Assembly: GCA_963724765.1 (NCBI GenBank)
Contig: CAVRVY010000003.1
Coordinates: 1,120,001-1,184,000 of the forward strand
Source of the DNA: an uncultured delta proteobacterium
GTDB lineage: Bacteria > Desulfobacterota > Binatia > Binatales > Binataceae
Direction: 5' to 3'
DNA length: 64,000 nt
Shown: positions 10,205 through 20,344 of the stretch, one piece after another
How positions within the stretch are numbered: the stretch's first letter is position 1
Layout: each line of letters starts with the position of its first letter
Position numbers and translations under genes: made by a program
The notes under the pieces: model-generated
Told to the model about the DNA's origin: nothing
Databases searched by the model: none
What the model saw: only the letters and a program-made list of their open reading frames with translations

Positions 10205-10335
10205 TATATCTTGCGAGCGCCGCATCGCGCTTAACAGAAATCCTCCAGAGATCCTGTGAGATCCTGCATCCCCCACCGTCATTACCCGAACCCGCCGACC
10301 CGAAGCCTCCAGGAAAAACCGTGCTGACGCGGCGC

Positions 10336-10608
10336 CTACGAATCCATCGCCACCGACAGCCGCCGATTCAATGCTTCAATCTGGTCGATCAACGCTTGAT
10401 GGTCTCGCTTCAGACGTTCGAGTTCGTCGGCAAAATTTAGCGCCGCCAAAATTGCCACGCTTACGGAATTTACCGCGCGGCTGTTGGCGCGAATGTAGTT
10501 TATCTTTTCATCCACCGTCGCCGCCAGAGCCTTTGCCCATTCGTCGCCACTGTCGCTCATGACGGTCAGGCTTTGGCCCATGATTTCGACGTTGACGCCT
10601 TTCATCAT
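10336..10608 (-). CDS. zapA: Cell division protein ZapA
   Basis: VNVEIMGQ...VAILAALNFADEL plus coiled coil; synteny. Confidence 0.9.
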   Translation of the reverse strand: MMKGVNVEIMGQSLTVMSDSGDEWAKALAATVDEKINYIRANSRAVNSVSVAILAALNFADELERLKRDHQALIDQIEALNRRLSVAMDS

Positions 10609-10650
10609 CCACTCAGTTTTCACTCAGCGGCGGCCGGGGTCAGCCAGGCT

Positions 10651-10914
10651 TCAGCCCAAATCCAGCCCGTCGAAGCGGGCGAGGATTTTTTCGATCCGCG
10701 TTTTTATCTCGTTGCGCTCGTTCTCGTGCTGCTGGCGCTCGGAGTTGGCCCGGGCCTGAATTTCATTAAAACGCTGTTCGCCTTCGGCCAGCCGTTTCAC
10801 CAGTTGCTCATTTTCGCGTTGCAATTGCTGAATTCGGGTGACCGATGCTTGGATTCTATCGTCAAGTTGCTTGAGAGCCTCAAGAGTCATGGCCGATTCG
10901 GTTTCCACCTTCAC
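10651..10914 (-). CDS. zapB: ZapB-like coiled-coil protein
   Basis: Short all-coiled-coil protein ending RIEKILARFD, directly upstream of zapA. Confidence 0.75.
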   Translation of the reverse strand: MKVETESAMTLEALKQLDDRIQASVTRIQQLQRENEQLVKRLAEGEQRFNEIQARANSERQQHENERNEIKTRIEKILARFDGLDLG

Positions 10915-10938
10915 TTTAATTTTGGATTAATTAACCTG

Positions 10939-12426
10939 TCAAGCTGCATAAGAACCGCTGGAGGCTTCAGGACGCGAGTCGTCCTCCGCAAATAGAGCCT
11001 CCACGAATTCGCGCGGGTCGAAGGCACGCAAATCCTCGACATCTTCACCCACGCCGACGAAGCGCACGGGCAGTTTTAGTTGCTCGGCTATGGCGATCAC
11101 CACACCGCCTTTGGCAGTGCCGTCGAGCTTCGCCAGAACCACGCCCGTGAGCGGCACCGCTTCCCCGAAGATTTTCGCCTGGCTTAGTGCGTTCTGCCCC
11201 GTCGTGGCGTCGAGCACCAGCCAGCATTCGTGCGGCGCGCCCGGAAGCTCGCGGCCGGCCACGCGGGCGATCTTTTTGAGCTCTTCCATCAGATTGACCT
11301 TGGTCTGCAGACGCCCCGCCGTATCGATCAACACCGTCGATACGTTACGCGCCACCGCCGCCTTGACCGCGTCGAACGCCACCGCCGCCGGATCAGAGCC
11401 CTGGTTCTGTTTGATGATGTCGGCGCCGACCCGCTGGCACCATACTTCAAGCTGTTCGATCGCGGCCGCACGAAAGGTGTCCGCTGCCGCGACGATCACC
11501 GTGCCACGCTCGGCCTTCATCCGCGCCGCCAGCTTGGCCACGGTCGTGGTTTTGCCCGCTCCGTTCACACCGGCCAGCATCACCACCAGCGGCCCCTCGG
11601 CCGGGATGTTCATCGGGCGCTCGCTCGCCACGAGCATCCGCGCGATCTCGTCCTTGAGCGCCTCGCGGATGGCGTCCGGGCGGGTGCCGTCCTTGACCCG
11701 GCCGCGCACGGCCTCGACCAGCTTGAGGCTGGCCTGGACGCCTACGTCGGCGGCAATCAGCGCCTCCTCGAGACCCTCGCAGATGTCGTCGAGCTTGGCG
11801 CTGCCGGTTATCGCGGCGCGAATGCGGGCGAGCAGATTCTCGCGCGTGCGGCGTAGCCCCAGGCCGATTCGTACGGGCGCTTTCGGCGGGGCCGCCGCGG
11901 ATGGCGGAGCCGCGACCGGTTCGGCAGGCGGGGCTTCGGCAGCCGGCTCTGCAGGTGCAGGTTCTTCCGCCGGTTCGGCGGGCGTAGGTTCGACGGCCTG
12001 CTCAGCGGGCCTCGCTTCAGGAGGTAGAGGCGGCGCGACCGAAGGCGCATGGGCCTCCGTCGGTTCAGCTGCGATCTCTTCGGGCGGGACCACTGCGGGC
12101 GGGGGCGCGTACAGCGCCTGCTCGACCGCGTGCTCAAGCTCGTGAACCCTGCGGCGTTTGCGCGCGCTGAATTCGATCAGAATCGCGAGGACGAACAGTA
12201 AGACCTGGCTAGCCGCCACCACCAGGACGAGACGATCGACGAACGACAGTCTGGCGAGCATTTCGGCCGGAGTTAGACGCTCGAGGGACGAAAGCCAGGT
12301 GAAAATCGCGGCCATGGCTGACGAAAGCCACGCGAGAATCGTCGCCATGACTAACGAAAGCCAGGCGAGAACCGCGGCTACGGCGGCCGACAGCCGGGCG
12401 CTAATTTCGCTTACGTAGTGGGGCAC
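10939..12426 (-). CDS. ftsY: SRP receptor FtsY with a hydrophobic N-terminus and a Pro/Ala/Glu linker
   Basis: GVNGAGKTTT, DTFRAAA, DTAGR and KLDGTAKGG motifs. Confidence 0.97.
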   Translation of the reverse strand: MPHYVSEISARLSAAVAAVLAWLSLVMATILAWLSSAMAAIFTWLSSLERLTPAEMLARLSFVDRLVLVVAASQVLLFVLAILIEFSARKRRRVHELEHAVEQALYAPPPAVVPPEEIAAEPTEAHAPSVAPPLPPEARPAEQAVEPTPAEPAEEPAPAEPAAEAPPAEPVAAPPSAAAPPKAPVRIGLGLRRTRENLLARIRAAITGSAKLDDICEGLEEALIAADVGVQASLKLVEAVRGRVKDGTRPDAIREALKDEIARMLVASERPMNIPAEGPLVVMLAGVNGAGKTTTVAKLAARMKAERGTVIVAAADTFRAAAIEQLEVWCQRVGADIIKQNQGSDPAAVAFDAVKAAVARNVSTVLIDTAGRLQTKVNLMEELKKIARVAGRELPGAPHECWLVLDATTGQNALSQAKIFGEAVPLTGVVLAKLDGTAKGGVVIAIAEQLKLPVRFVGVGEDVEDLRAFDPREFVEALFAEDDSRPEASSGSYAA

Positions 12427-12604
12427 GCGGGCGCGATCCTTGGGAAAAAAATTTCGAAGCTATGTCCGGCCGAACCGCCACGCGTATCTGTCGCCGGCCC
12501 GGCGCCGAACGCCTCACACAATAACAATCCCCGCACGAGATCGGAACCAAAACGCGCGAGTCCTTGCCGCAAGCTTGCCGTCGACTCGCGCGGCTCTTTC
12601 TGAG

Positions 12605-12644
12605 CCCTCGCCCACACCTATGTGGGAGAGGGTGTGGGTGAGGG
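12605..12644. repeat. REP-like palindrome, copy 1
   Basis: ccctcgcccaca-ccta-tgtgggagaggg-tgtgggtgaggg; shares its core with the 27331 element. Confidence 0.7.
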
Positions 12645-12694
12645 TCCGATCCGCGGCGCGCTAAATTCCGCTGTGCCGCGCCGCGTTCTGAATG

Positions 12695-15600
12695 CTACGC
12701 GGCGCGCGGAATCGCCAGCGAGATCAGGCGCGAGACTCCCGGCCGCTCCATCGTGACGCCATGGATCTGGTCGGCGCGCTGCATCGTGCGCTGGTTGTGC
12801 GTGATCACGATGAACTGCGAGCGGCCCTTGAGTTCGCCGACCAGGCTGGTGAAGGCGGCGAGGCTGAACTCGTCGAGCGGCGCGTCGACCTCGTCCATCA
12901 CGCAGAACGGGCTCGGGTTGAGCAGGAAGAGCGAAAAGATCAGCGCCATTGCGCACAGCGCCTTCTCACCGCCCGAGAGCAGGCCTATTTCCTTGACCTT
13001 CTTGCCCGGCGGCTGGACCAGGATATTGACGCCAGCCTCCAGCACGTCGTCGGCGGGCAGCAATTCGAGCCGGCCCTTGCCGCCGCGCAGCAATTTGGGG
13101 AAAAGCTCGGCGAAGTTGCGCGCCGCGCCCTCGAAGGTCTCGCTGAAGCGCCGGCGCGCCTCGCGGTTGAGCTTCTGGATCGTATGCGTGAGGTCCTTGA
13201 CCGCCGCTTCGAGATCGGTCCGCTCGGCAGTGAGCACGCCGGAGCGTTCCTCCAGTTCCTTGACCTCGCTTTCGGCGGCGAGGTTGACCTCGCCCAGGCG
13301 CTCAGCCTTGGCGCGCAGCTCGGCCAGACGCGCCTCGTCGGCCACGGCGTCGCGCTCGACGAGCGCGATTTTCAGTTCGTCCTCGACCGCTGCGAACTCG
13401 GTCTGAAATTTTTCGGCAAAGTTGCGCCCGAGCTCGCCGGCGAGCGTGCGCGCGCGTTCGCATCCAAGCGCGCACTCCATCGCATCGCGCTCGAGCGCCT
13501 CGGCCGTGGTCCGCGTCTCGGCGAGCTCCGTCCGCAGCGCCTGCAGCGCCGCGGCCGCGGCCTCGCACGCCTGCCGCATCTGTTCGGTTGCGGCGTCCAG
13601 TTCCGCCTCGCGCGTCCGTGAGGTCTCCGCCTGCGCAGCCAACTGATCGAGTTCGCGCACCAGCTCGACACGTTCGTCGCCAAGCCGGGCGAGCGAGGCG
13701 CGGTCTTTGCCGATCTGCGCCTCGAGTTCATCGGCCAAGCGGCGCAGATGTCCGAGTTCCTGCTCGATCGCGCCCAGGCGTGCGCGTCGCGCCTCGACCC
13801 TGGAGGCTGCCTCGAGCATCGCGGCCGCGGATTCCTCGGCGCGCGCTTTGCGCTCGCTCATCTCGGTGCGGATCGCGGACAGGCGCTCACGGCTCGCCGC
13901 TTCGCCGTGGGCGAGTTCTTCGAGCCGAGCGTTGGACTCTGCAATCAGACGGGCGATTTCCTGCAGACGCACGCGGGCTTGGTCGTGCTGGCCGCGAGTG
14001 GCGGCCGCTTCGCTCTCGATACGTTCGAAGGCGCTATGCCGCTCGCTCATTGTGCGCTCGGCGCGTGAGACATTGTCCCGCGCCTCGTTGAGTTCGCGAT
14101 GCGCAGTCTCGAGCACAGCGCGCGCCGCCTCGAAAGCCGCGCGCAGCGATGCGGTTTCGGACTCGGCCTGCTCGACGCGCGCCGCCGCCTCTTCCAATGT
14201 CGGCGCATCGGGCGCCGCCGCCTCAGCCTCCTCGCCGTCGCCCGATGTGGCGCTGCTGCCGCCGGCGATCATTTTCCCCGGCGCCACCAGGTCGCCCTCG
14301 CGAGTGACGAAGAGCGTGCCGTGGCCGTTCAGGTTCGACGCCGCGAGCGCGGAGCGCAGATCGTCGGCGACGACCACGTGACCGAGCATCGCTTCGGCGA
14401 CCTGGCGAAAGCGTGGCTCGACTTCGATCATATCGAGCAGGCGTCCGGCGATTCCGGGTGCTTCGATAGCGGGATGGGAATCGGCCGGGCCGGGCTCGGG
14501 GATAAAGCTTAAACGGCCGGCGCGGGACTCTTTGAGAATTTCGATCGCGCGCAGCGCCAGATGGGGCGAATCGACAATCACCGCCTCGGCTTCCTCGCCG
14601 AGCGCTGCGCCCAGCGCCGTACGCATTGCCGCCGGCGCACGCAACACCTCGGCCAGCATCGCGGGCGCCTGGGCCGGTCGGTCGCCATTGAGCGAATCGA
14701 GAACGATGCGCAGACGCTCGGCAGCGCCGCCATCGGCGCGCAGCGCCGCGCGCTCTGCGCGCGCGCGGGCGGCGCTCAGCGATTCGCGCAGCAGCGCCAG
14801 ACGGGCTGCGCCCGCGTCGAGCGCGATGCGGGCCTCCCGCTCGCGCTCGGCCGCTTCTTTGCCGCGGCCGTCCAGGGCCGCGCGCTCGGTGCGGCGGGCG
14901 GCGAGTTCGCCGTCCGCCACGTCCAGCGCGGCGCGCGCAGCGCCAAGCGCCTCGTCGAGCACCGGGAGGCGCTCGGCGGCGGCGTGCAGGCGCTCTTCGA
15001 GTTCGGCGCGCTCGCCGCCGAGCGCGCCGAGGCGGCCGCGTATCGCGGCTCCCTCGCGCATCAGCTCGGCGACCTCGTCGCGCGTGTCTTCGCCGCGCCG
15101 CTCGGCCTCGCCGAGCGCCGCGGCGGCCTCGTCATGGCGCTCGCGCAATGCGCCGAGGGTGGCCTCGCCGCCGTCGTCCTCGCTGCGCGCGCGCGCAAGG
15201 CGCGCGCCGGCCTCGGCGCGCGCCGCGCGCGCGGCGGTGGCCTTGGCCTCGAGTTCTTCGAGCCGCGCCGCCAGCTCAGGCGCGGCCGCGTCGGCCGCGC
15301 TTAAGCGGCGCTCCAGGAACTCGCGCGTATGGCCGCGCTGGGCGGCGGCCGCGCGCAAGTTGTCGAGCTCGCGGCCGAGCGCGGTCAGGCTATCGCGCTC
15401 GGCTGCGAGCCGGGCGGCGGCCGCGTCGGTCCGCGATTGAAGTTCCGCCAGCGCTTCGCGAGTGGCCTCTCGCTGGGTATCGAGCTCCTCGGAGCGGGCG
15501 CGATGATCTTCGAGCCGCGCGCGCTCTTCGAGCAGCCGGTGCGCAGCGCTCAGCCGTTCCAGCTCGGCCAGTTCGACGCGGATCGCCTTATAGGCCTCGG

Positions 15601-16246
15601 CCTTTTTGGCCTGACGGCGGGCGAAAGCCAACTGGCGTTCGATTTCAGCCAGCACGTCGTCGACGCGGGCGAGGTTCTCGCGCACGCGGTCGAGTTTGCG
15701 CTCGCTCGTCTCGCGTCGTCCCTTGAAAAGCGAAAGCCCAGCTGCCTCTTCGATCATCCCACGCAGCTCGGTGGGCTTGGACTGGATGATCTCCTCGATA
15801 CGGCCCTGCTCGATCAGGGCGTAGCCGCGGCTATGGATTTGCGCGGCCATGAAGAACTCGGTGATGTCCTTCAGCCGGCAGGGAATCTTATTGATCAGAT
15901 ATTCGGATTCGCCGGAGCGGTAGACGCGGCGTGTGACGCATACTTCGCTCAATCCCGCGTACGGCTCCGGCAGCGCGCAGTTGTCGTCGGCCTCGAGCAG
16001 CAGCGAGACCTCGGCCATCCCGGCCGCCGGATTGGAATCGTTACCGGCGTATATGAAGTCTTCGGCGCTCTTGCCGCGCAGCCGCGTCGGCGCCTGCTCG
16101 CCAAGGACCCAGCGGATGGCGTCGACCACGTTGGATTTGCCGCATCCGTTAGGGCCGACGACCGCTGTGATCCCGGGCGCGAAGCCGACGCTCGTCGGCT
16201 CCAGGAATGATTTGAAGCCTACTAAATCAAGGCTTTTGAGCCGCAT
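12695..16246 (-). CDS. smc: Chromosome segregation protein SMC
   Basis: GPNGCGKSN Walker A, hinge, LSGGEK signature, MDEVDAPLD, ITHN; 1183 aa. Confidence 0.98.
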   Translation of the reverse strand: MRLKSLDLVGFKSFLEPTSVGFAPGITAVVGPNGCGKSNVVDAIRWVLGEQAPTRLRGKSAEDFIYAGNDSNPAAGMAEVSLLLEADDNCALPEPYAGLSEVCVTRRVYRSGESEYLINKIPCRLKDITEFFMAAQIHSRGYALIEQGRIEEIIQSKPTELRGMIEEAAGLSLFKGRRETSERKLDRVRENLARVDDVLAEIERQLAFARRQAKKAEAYKAIRVELAELERLSAAHRLLEERARLEDHRARSEELDTQREATREALAELQSRTDAAAARLAAERDSLTALGRELDNLRAAAAQRGHTREFLERRLSAADAAAPELAARLEELEAKATAARAARAEAGARLARARSEDDGGEATLGALRERHDEAAAALGEAERRGEDTRDEVAELMREGAAIRGRLGALGGERAELEERLHAAAERLPVLDEALGAARAALDVADGELAARRTERAALDGRGKEAAEREREARIALDAGAARLALLRESLSAARARAERAALRADGGAAERLRIVLDSLNGDRPAQAPAMLAEVLRAPAAMRTALGAALGEEAEAVIVDSPHLALRAIEILKESRAGRLSFIPEPGPADSHPAIEAPGIAGRLLDMIEVEPRFRQVAEAMLGHVVVADDLRSALAASNLNGHGTLFVTREGDLVAPGKMIAGGSSATSGDGEEAEAAAPDAPTLEEAAARVEQAESETASLRAAFEAARAVLETAHRELNEARDNVSRAERTMSERHSAFERIESEAAATRGQHDQARVRLQEIARLIAESNARLEELAHGEAASRERLSAIRTEMSERKARAEESAAAMLEAASRVEARRARLGAIEQELGHLRRLADELEAQIGKDRASLARLGDERVELVRELDQLAAQAETSRTREAELDAATEQMRQACEAAAAALQALRTELAETRTTAEALERDAMECALGCERARTLAGELGRNFAEKFQTEFAAVEDELKIALVERDAVADEARLAELRAKAERLGEVNLAAESEVKELEERSGVLTAERTDLEAAVKDLTHTIQKLNREARRRFSETFEGAARNFAELFPKLLRGGKGRLELLPADDVLEAGVNILVQPPGKKVKEIGLLSGGEKALCAMALIFSLFLLNPSPFCVMDEVDAPLDEFSLAAFTSLVGELKGRSQFIVITHNQRTMQRADQIHGVTMERPGVSRLISLAIPRAA

Positions 16247-16418
16247 ACCATCATCGCCTCCACCTCACCACCACATCCGCACCAGAGCTTAGCCCAAAGC
16301 CAAGGACCATGAAACCGCCGACGGCGTACCGTATCCCCTACGCGCAGAGCGGGCTGTGGATATCGTGCGAGACTGGGCGCAGTGCGATTCAGAAGCTGCT
16401 AATGATGAAAATTACTTC

Positions 16419-17021
16419 TTACTCTTGCAGCTCAGTGTTCCAGTAGGCGCTGTCGACCGCGGTCAGGTACGGCATCCACTCGCGATAACGCTTAAGGCTG
16501 AACATCTCGGCGCTGAATGGCGTCCAGTGCGGGCGCATCGGCTTGCGCACGAGCGCCATCCGGGCCTCATCGGGCGTGCGGCCGCCCTTGCGCCGGTTGC
16601 AGTTATGGCAGGAGCAGACGATGTTCTCCCAGGTCGAGAGGCCTCCGCGCGAGCGCGGCATGATGTGGTCGAGGTTGAGCTCGGTGCGCGCGAAGCGCCG
16701 TCCGCAGTATTGGCAGGTGTTGTTGTCGCGGGCGAAGATATTGAAACGCGAAAAGCGCACGTGGCGGCGCGGCACCCGCTCGTAGGCCGTCAGCAACAGC
16801 ACCCGCGGAACGCGGACTAAGCCGCCCACCACGCCCAGGCGCTCGTGATGGGTCTCGATCGCGAGGTCACGCCAGCTTGCGAAATCGAAGGTGTGGTATT
16901 GCTCGTCGACCGCTCGCGCCACCCCTTGGTAGAGGAGCGCAAAGGCGCGTTTCACCGAAGTTACGTGAACGGGCAGGTAGGAGCGGTTGAGGATGAGGAC
17001 CTTGCTGTTGAGCAGGGCCAT
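16419..17021 (-). CDS. HNH endonuclease (McrA-like family)
   Basis: KVLILNRSYLP, RDNNTCQYCG, LDHIMPRSRGG and CHNCNRRKG. Start placed at MALLNS. Confidence 0.9.
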   Translation of the reverse strand: MALLNSKVLILNRSYLPVHVTSVKRAFALLYQGVARAVDEQYHTFDFASWRDLAIETHHERLGVVGGLVRVPRVLLLTAYERVPRRHVRFSRFNIFARDNNTCQYCGRRFARTELNLDHIMPRSRGGLSTWENIVCSCHNCNRRKGGRTPDEARMALVRKPMRPHWTPFSAEMFSLKRYREWMPYLTAVDSAYWNTELQE

Positions 17022-17352
17022 CCCCGACGGACGCAGCATCAGACTGTCGACCGCGGCAGACACTACAAAACGAGTATCGGCACCTGTGAACCAAGTCAAG
17101 GCGAGGGGGATCGGTGCAAAACACGTTTATGCCCCGTGCCAGTGCGCCTTGCGTGCTTCGCGGCCTCTCCGTATGATTCGTTTGAAGTTCTATGGCGTAC
17201 TCAATGGGTGGAGGGGTCAGCGACGAAATCGCAGCCGCGCCTGCATTTAGACTGCCGGAAAGCGCAGCCGCCGTTCGCCGGCGCCGCGCGCTGCGCGCCC
17301 CGCAACGCCGCTCCGTGTGACCAGCCCTCCCGTCCGTCGCCACGGGTCTCTC

Positions 17353-19266
17353 GTGAAACGTGAAATAGTCATTAATGCGAGCGCCCTCGAAGTGCGCGTC
17401 GCGCTGCTCGAAGACGGCGCCCTGACCGAGCTCTATCTCGAACGCCAGCAACATCGCGGTCTCGCCGGGAACATCTATAAGGGCAAGGTCACGCGCGTGC
17501 TGCCGGGGATGCAGGCGGCGTTTGTTGATATCGGCCTGGAGAAGGCGGGCTTCCTGCACGTCTCAGACTTTCACGACGACGTACAGGCGGTCGGTTCGAT
17601 CGCCGAGGTGATCGGCGAGGACGACGTCGAGACCTATCCGGTTGACAGCGACGGCGGCGATGAAGCGACGTCGCCGCAAGATCTGGAAAACCTGCAAGAC
17701 TTGCAGGACCTGCAGCAACTGGCGGAGCTGGAAGGATCGGAGGAGCCGCCCGAACAGCACGACGAGCGAGCGGACGAGCGACAAAGTGCGCGACAAAATC
17801 TGCGGCAAGGCGCGCGGCAAGTCTCGCAACAGGTCTCGTTACAAATCTCGCAACAAGACGTACAAATCGATTCGCACGATCTGGCCGACGAGTCGGCGGC
17901 GCCGCCCGAGGGCGAGGCCGCCGCGGCGACGCCCACCGCCGCGGGTGAAGCGCCAGCGCCGGGGGGCCCCAAACGCCGACGCAGCCGGCGCCGGCGCCGG
18001 CGCGGCGGCAAGGCGCACAAAAGGCCGCGCGTGCACGAGCAGCGCAGCCGTCTCCCGATCGAGCAGCAACTGCATCGCAACCAGGAGATCATCGTCCAGA
18101 TAGCCAAGGAGCCGATGGGCACCAAGGGCGCGCGGCTGACCTCGTCGATCTCACTGCCCGGACGCCATCTGGTCTACATGCCGACCAGCGGCCACGTCGG
18201 GGTCTCGCGGCGAATCGGCAGCGCGGAAGAACGCGCGCGCCTGCGCGCGGCGGTCAAGGAACTCGGCCGCGTGCAGGGCGGGTTCATCGTACGCACGGCG
18301 TGCGAGGGCGTGAGCAAGCGCGAAATCCAGCGTGACGCGAACTTCCTGACCCGGCTGTGGGCGTCGATCGTGGCCAAGAGCGAGACCAGCCCGCCGGCGT
18401 CGATCCTCTATAGCGACCTCGACGTGGCGCTGCGCACCGTGCGCGATCTGTTTTCCAGCGAGATCGACAAACTGTGGTGCGACGATCCCGAGACCTTCGA
18501 GCGCATCGTGCAATTCGTGCAGCACTACATGCCGCGGTTGCGCGCGCGGCTTACGATGTACCAGGGCGCCGAGCCGATCTTCGACCATTTCAAAATCGAG
18601 CCGCAGATCGAGCGCGCGCTCGACCGCAAGGTCTGGCTCAAGTCCGGCGGCTACCTGGTTTTCGACCAGGCCGAAGCGCTCACCGCGATCGACGTCAACA
18701 CCGGCCGCTTCGTCGGCAAGACCAACCAGGACGAGACCGTGCTGCGGACTAACCTCGAAGCGGTCGAAGAAGTGGTCAAGCAGCTGCGCCTGCGCAATAT
18801 CGGCGGGATTATCATCGTCGACTTCATCGATATGTCGCGCGAGGCCGATCGCAAGAAAGTCAGCGACGCGCTACGCGAGGCGCAGCGGCGCGACAAGGCG
18901 CGCACCTCGGCGCTCAAGATCTCCGAGCTCGGGCTGGTCCAGATGACCCGCAAGCGCACCCGCGAGAGCCTCGAGGAGCTGCTCACCGACCCCTGTCCGC
19001 ACTGCGAGGGCCGGCGCGTGGTCAAATCCGTACCGACGCTCGCCGCCGAGATCTTGCGCGGAGTCCATCGCGAGGCCCGCCGCCGTGGCGGCGACGACAT
19101 GCTGCTGGTCAAAATCCATCCCGCCGTCGCGCGCTATCTTTACGACCACGGCGCACGCGACCTCGAGGAGCTCGAGCGCCGGGTGGGGATAAAAATCGTG
19201 CTCCGCGCGATGGAAGGTCTCGAGCCGGGCAGCTTCGAGCTGAGCCTGGTGCCCGCCGCCGCCTGA
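17353..19266 (+). CDS. rng: Rne/Rng family ribonuclease with a disordered insertion in the S1 domain
   Basis: GNIYKGKV, AAFVDIG, KEPMGTKGARL, IDVNTG, IVDFIDM and CPHCEG motifs. Confidence 0.93.
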   Translation: MKREIVINASALEVRVALLEDGALTELYLERQQHRGLAGNIYKGKVTRVLPGMQAAFVDIGLEKAGFLHVSDFHDDVQAVGSIAEVIGEDDVETYPVDSDGGDEATSPQDLENLQDLQDLQQLAELEGSEEPPEQHDERADERQSARQNLRQGARQVSQQVSLQISQQDVQIDSHDLADESAAPPEGEAAAATPTAAGEAPAPGGPKRRRSRRRRRRGGKAHKRPRVHEQRSRLPIEQQLHRNQEIIVQIAKEPMGTKGARLTSSISLPGRHLVYMPTSGHVGVSRRIGSAEERARLRAAVKELGRVQGGFIVRTACEGVSKREIQRDANFLTRLWASIVAKSETSPPASILYSDLDVALRTVRDLFSSEIDKLWCDDPETFERIVQFVQHYMPRLRARLTMYQGAEPIFDHFKIEPQIERALDRKVWLKSGGYLVFDQAEALTAIDVNTGRFVGKTNQDETVLRTNLEAVEEVVKQLRLRNIGGIIIVDFIDMSREADRKKVSDALREAQRRDKARTSALKISELGLVQMTRKRTRESLEELLTDPCPHCEGRRVVKSVPTLAAEILRGVHREARRRGGDDMLLVKIHPAVARYLYDHGARDLEELERRVGIKIVLRAMEGLEPGSFELSLVPAAA

Positions 19267-19355
19267 AGCGTAAGACGCCGCGCAAGCCGCGTCCGCAATC
19301 CGCGACTGATTTCAGTGAGTTCCGCAGGAAGTCCGCAAAAAGTTTGAGCGAGAAT

Positions 19356-20279
19356 CTACGGCGCGACCGTCGCGGCTGCCACCAACGCGGCGGCGCTTTG
19401 AATCTGTCCGAAATGAATCTTGCCGAGGTCGAATTCCTCCAGCGCCTTGATCATGCTGTTCAGCGCCGTGCGGCATGTCGGCAGGTTCTTGCGCGCGCGG
19501 CTTAACGGATTGCATCGCGCCGCGATGTAGTTCTTCAGGTAGGGATGCATCAGGCCGCGCTTTTTGCCGCGCGCGACCAGCGCGGTCAGGACTTCGTCGG
19601 CGCGCGCGACCAGCGCGGCGCGTTCCTCGCGCTCCTCAACAGCTTCGCGCAGCGACTTGGCCAAGAAACCGTCGACGCGGCTCAACAGCGGCGCATAGAC
19701 GGCGCCCGAAAAGCGCGGCGTCTTGTCGTACAGGATGCCGAGCGTGATGAAGTGGGCCCGCTCGAACTCGAAAGCGAAGTCCTTCTCGATTGCGCGCGGC
19801 GCCGTCTCCAGCCGCGAGCGGTACATCCGGATGACCTCCAGCGCCTTGTCCTTGAGGTTGTGGGCTTTCTCGGTGTTGAGCGCGAGAATCTGGTAGGCGA
19901 CCTCGGGCTCTGGAATTACGATCGCCGGGATCGTCTTCGCGCCGAGCTTGGTGGCGGCGGCCCGGCGATGGTTGCCGTTGGGGGTCCAGTAGCCTCCGTC
20001 GGCGCGCACTACGACCACCGGCTCGGTGAAACGGCGGAGCTTCTTCATCACTTCGCCCAGGCGCTTGAGATGGGCCGGGCTGAGATCGCGCTGGAACGGC
20101 GTCCCCTTGAGCATCGCGGCCGGCACCAGCGCGAAGATCTGCCAATGCGCGCCCAGCGGCTCCTGGTAGGCGGCCAGCGCCGCGCCGCCGTCGGACTCGA
20201 TCGCCGCGGCGAGTTCGTCGATCGCGGAGGGCCGCTTCGCGCCGCGCGGGAAAGTGGCTATCTCAGGATAGTCAATCAT
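19356..20279 (-). CDS. ParB N-terminal (ParB/Srx-like) domain protein
   Basis: PFQRDL...PVVVVR..YWTPNGNHRR..A..LG..IPAIV...LALNTEK. Confidence 0.75.
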   Translation of the reverse strand: MIDYPEIATFPRGAKRPSAIDELAAAIESDGGAALAAYQEPLGAHWQIFALVPAAMLKGTPFQRDLSPAHLKRLGEVMKKLRRFTEPVVVVRADGGYWTPNGNHRRAAATKLGAKTIPAIVIPEPEVAYQILALNTEKAHNLKDKALEVIRMYRSRLETAPRAIEKDFAFEFERAHFITLGILYDKTPRFSGAVYAPLLSRVDGFLAKSLREAVEEREERAALVARADEVLTALVARGKKRGLMHPYLKNYIAARCNPLSRARKNLPTCRTALNSMIKALEEFDLGKIHFGQIQSAAALVAAATVAP

Positions 20280-20344
20280 AGCTAGTGATTAGCTGCTGGT
20301 AAGTGACTAATCGTCCAATTCTCAGTTGCGGCGCGCGTGAAGCT

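Noticed and set aside
16356-16364. DnaA-box-like TGTGGATAT upstream of smc
   Set aside because: Single imperfect box with no cluster or AT-rich unwinding element; not an origin.
12695-20279. SMC + HNH nuclease + ParB-like gene as a Wadjet-like defence system
   Set aside because: The SMC is a canonical housekeeping SMC in smc-ftsY synteny. There are no JetA/B/D-like genes, and the HNH is a common stand-alone type.
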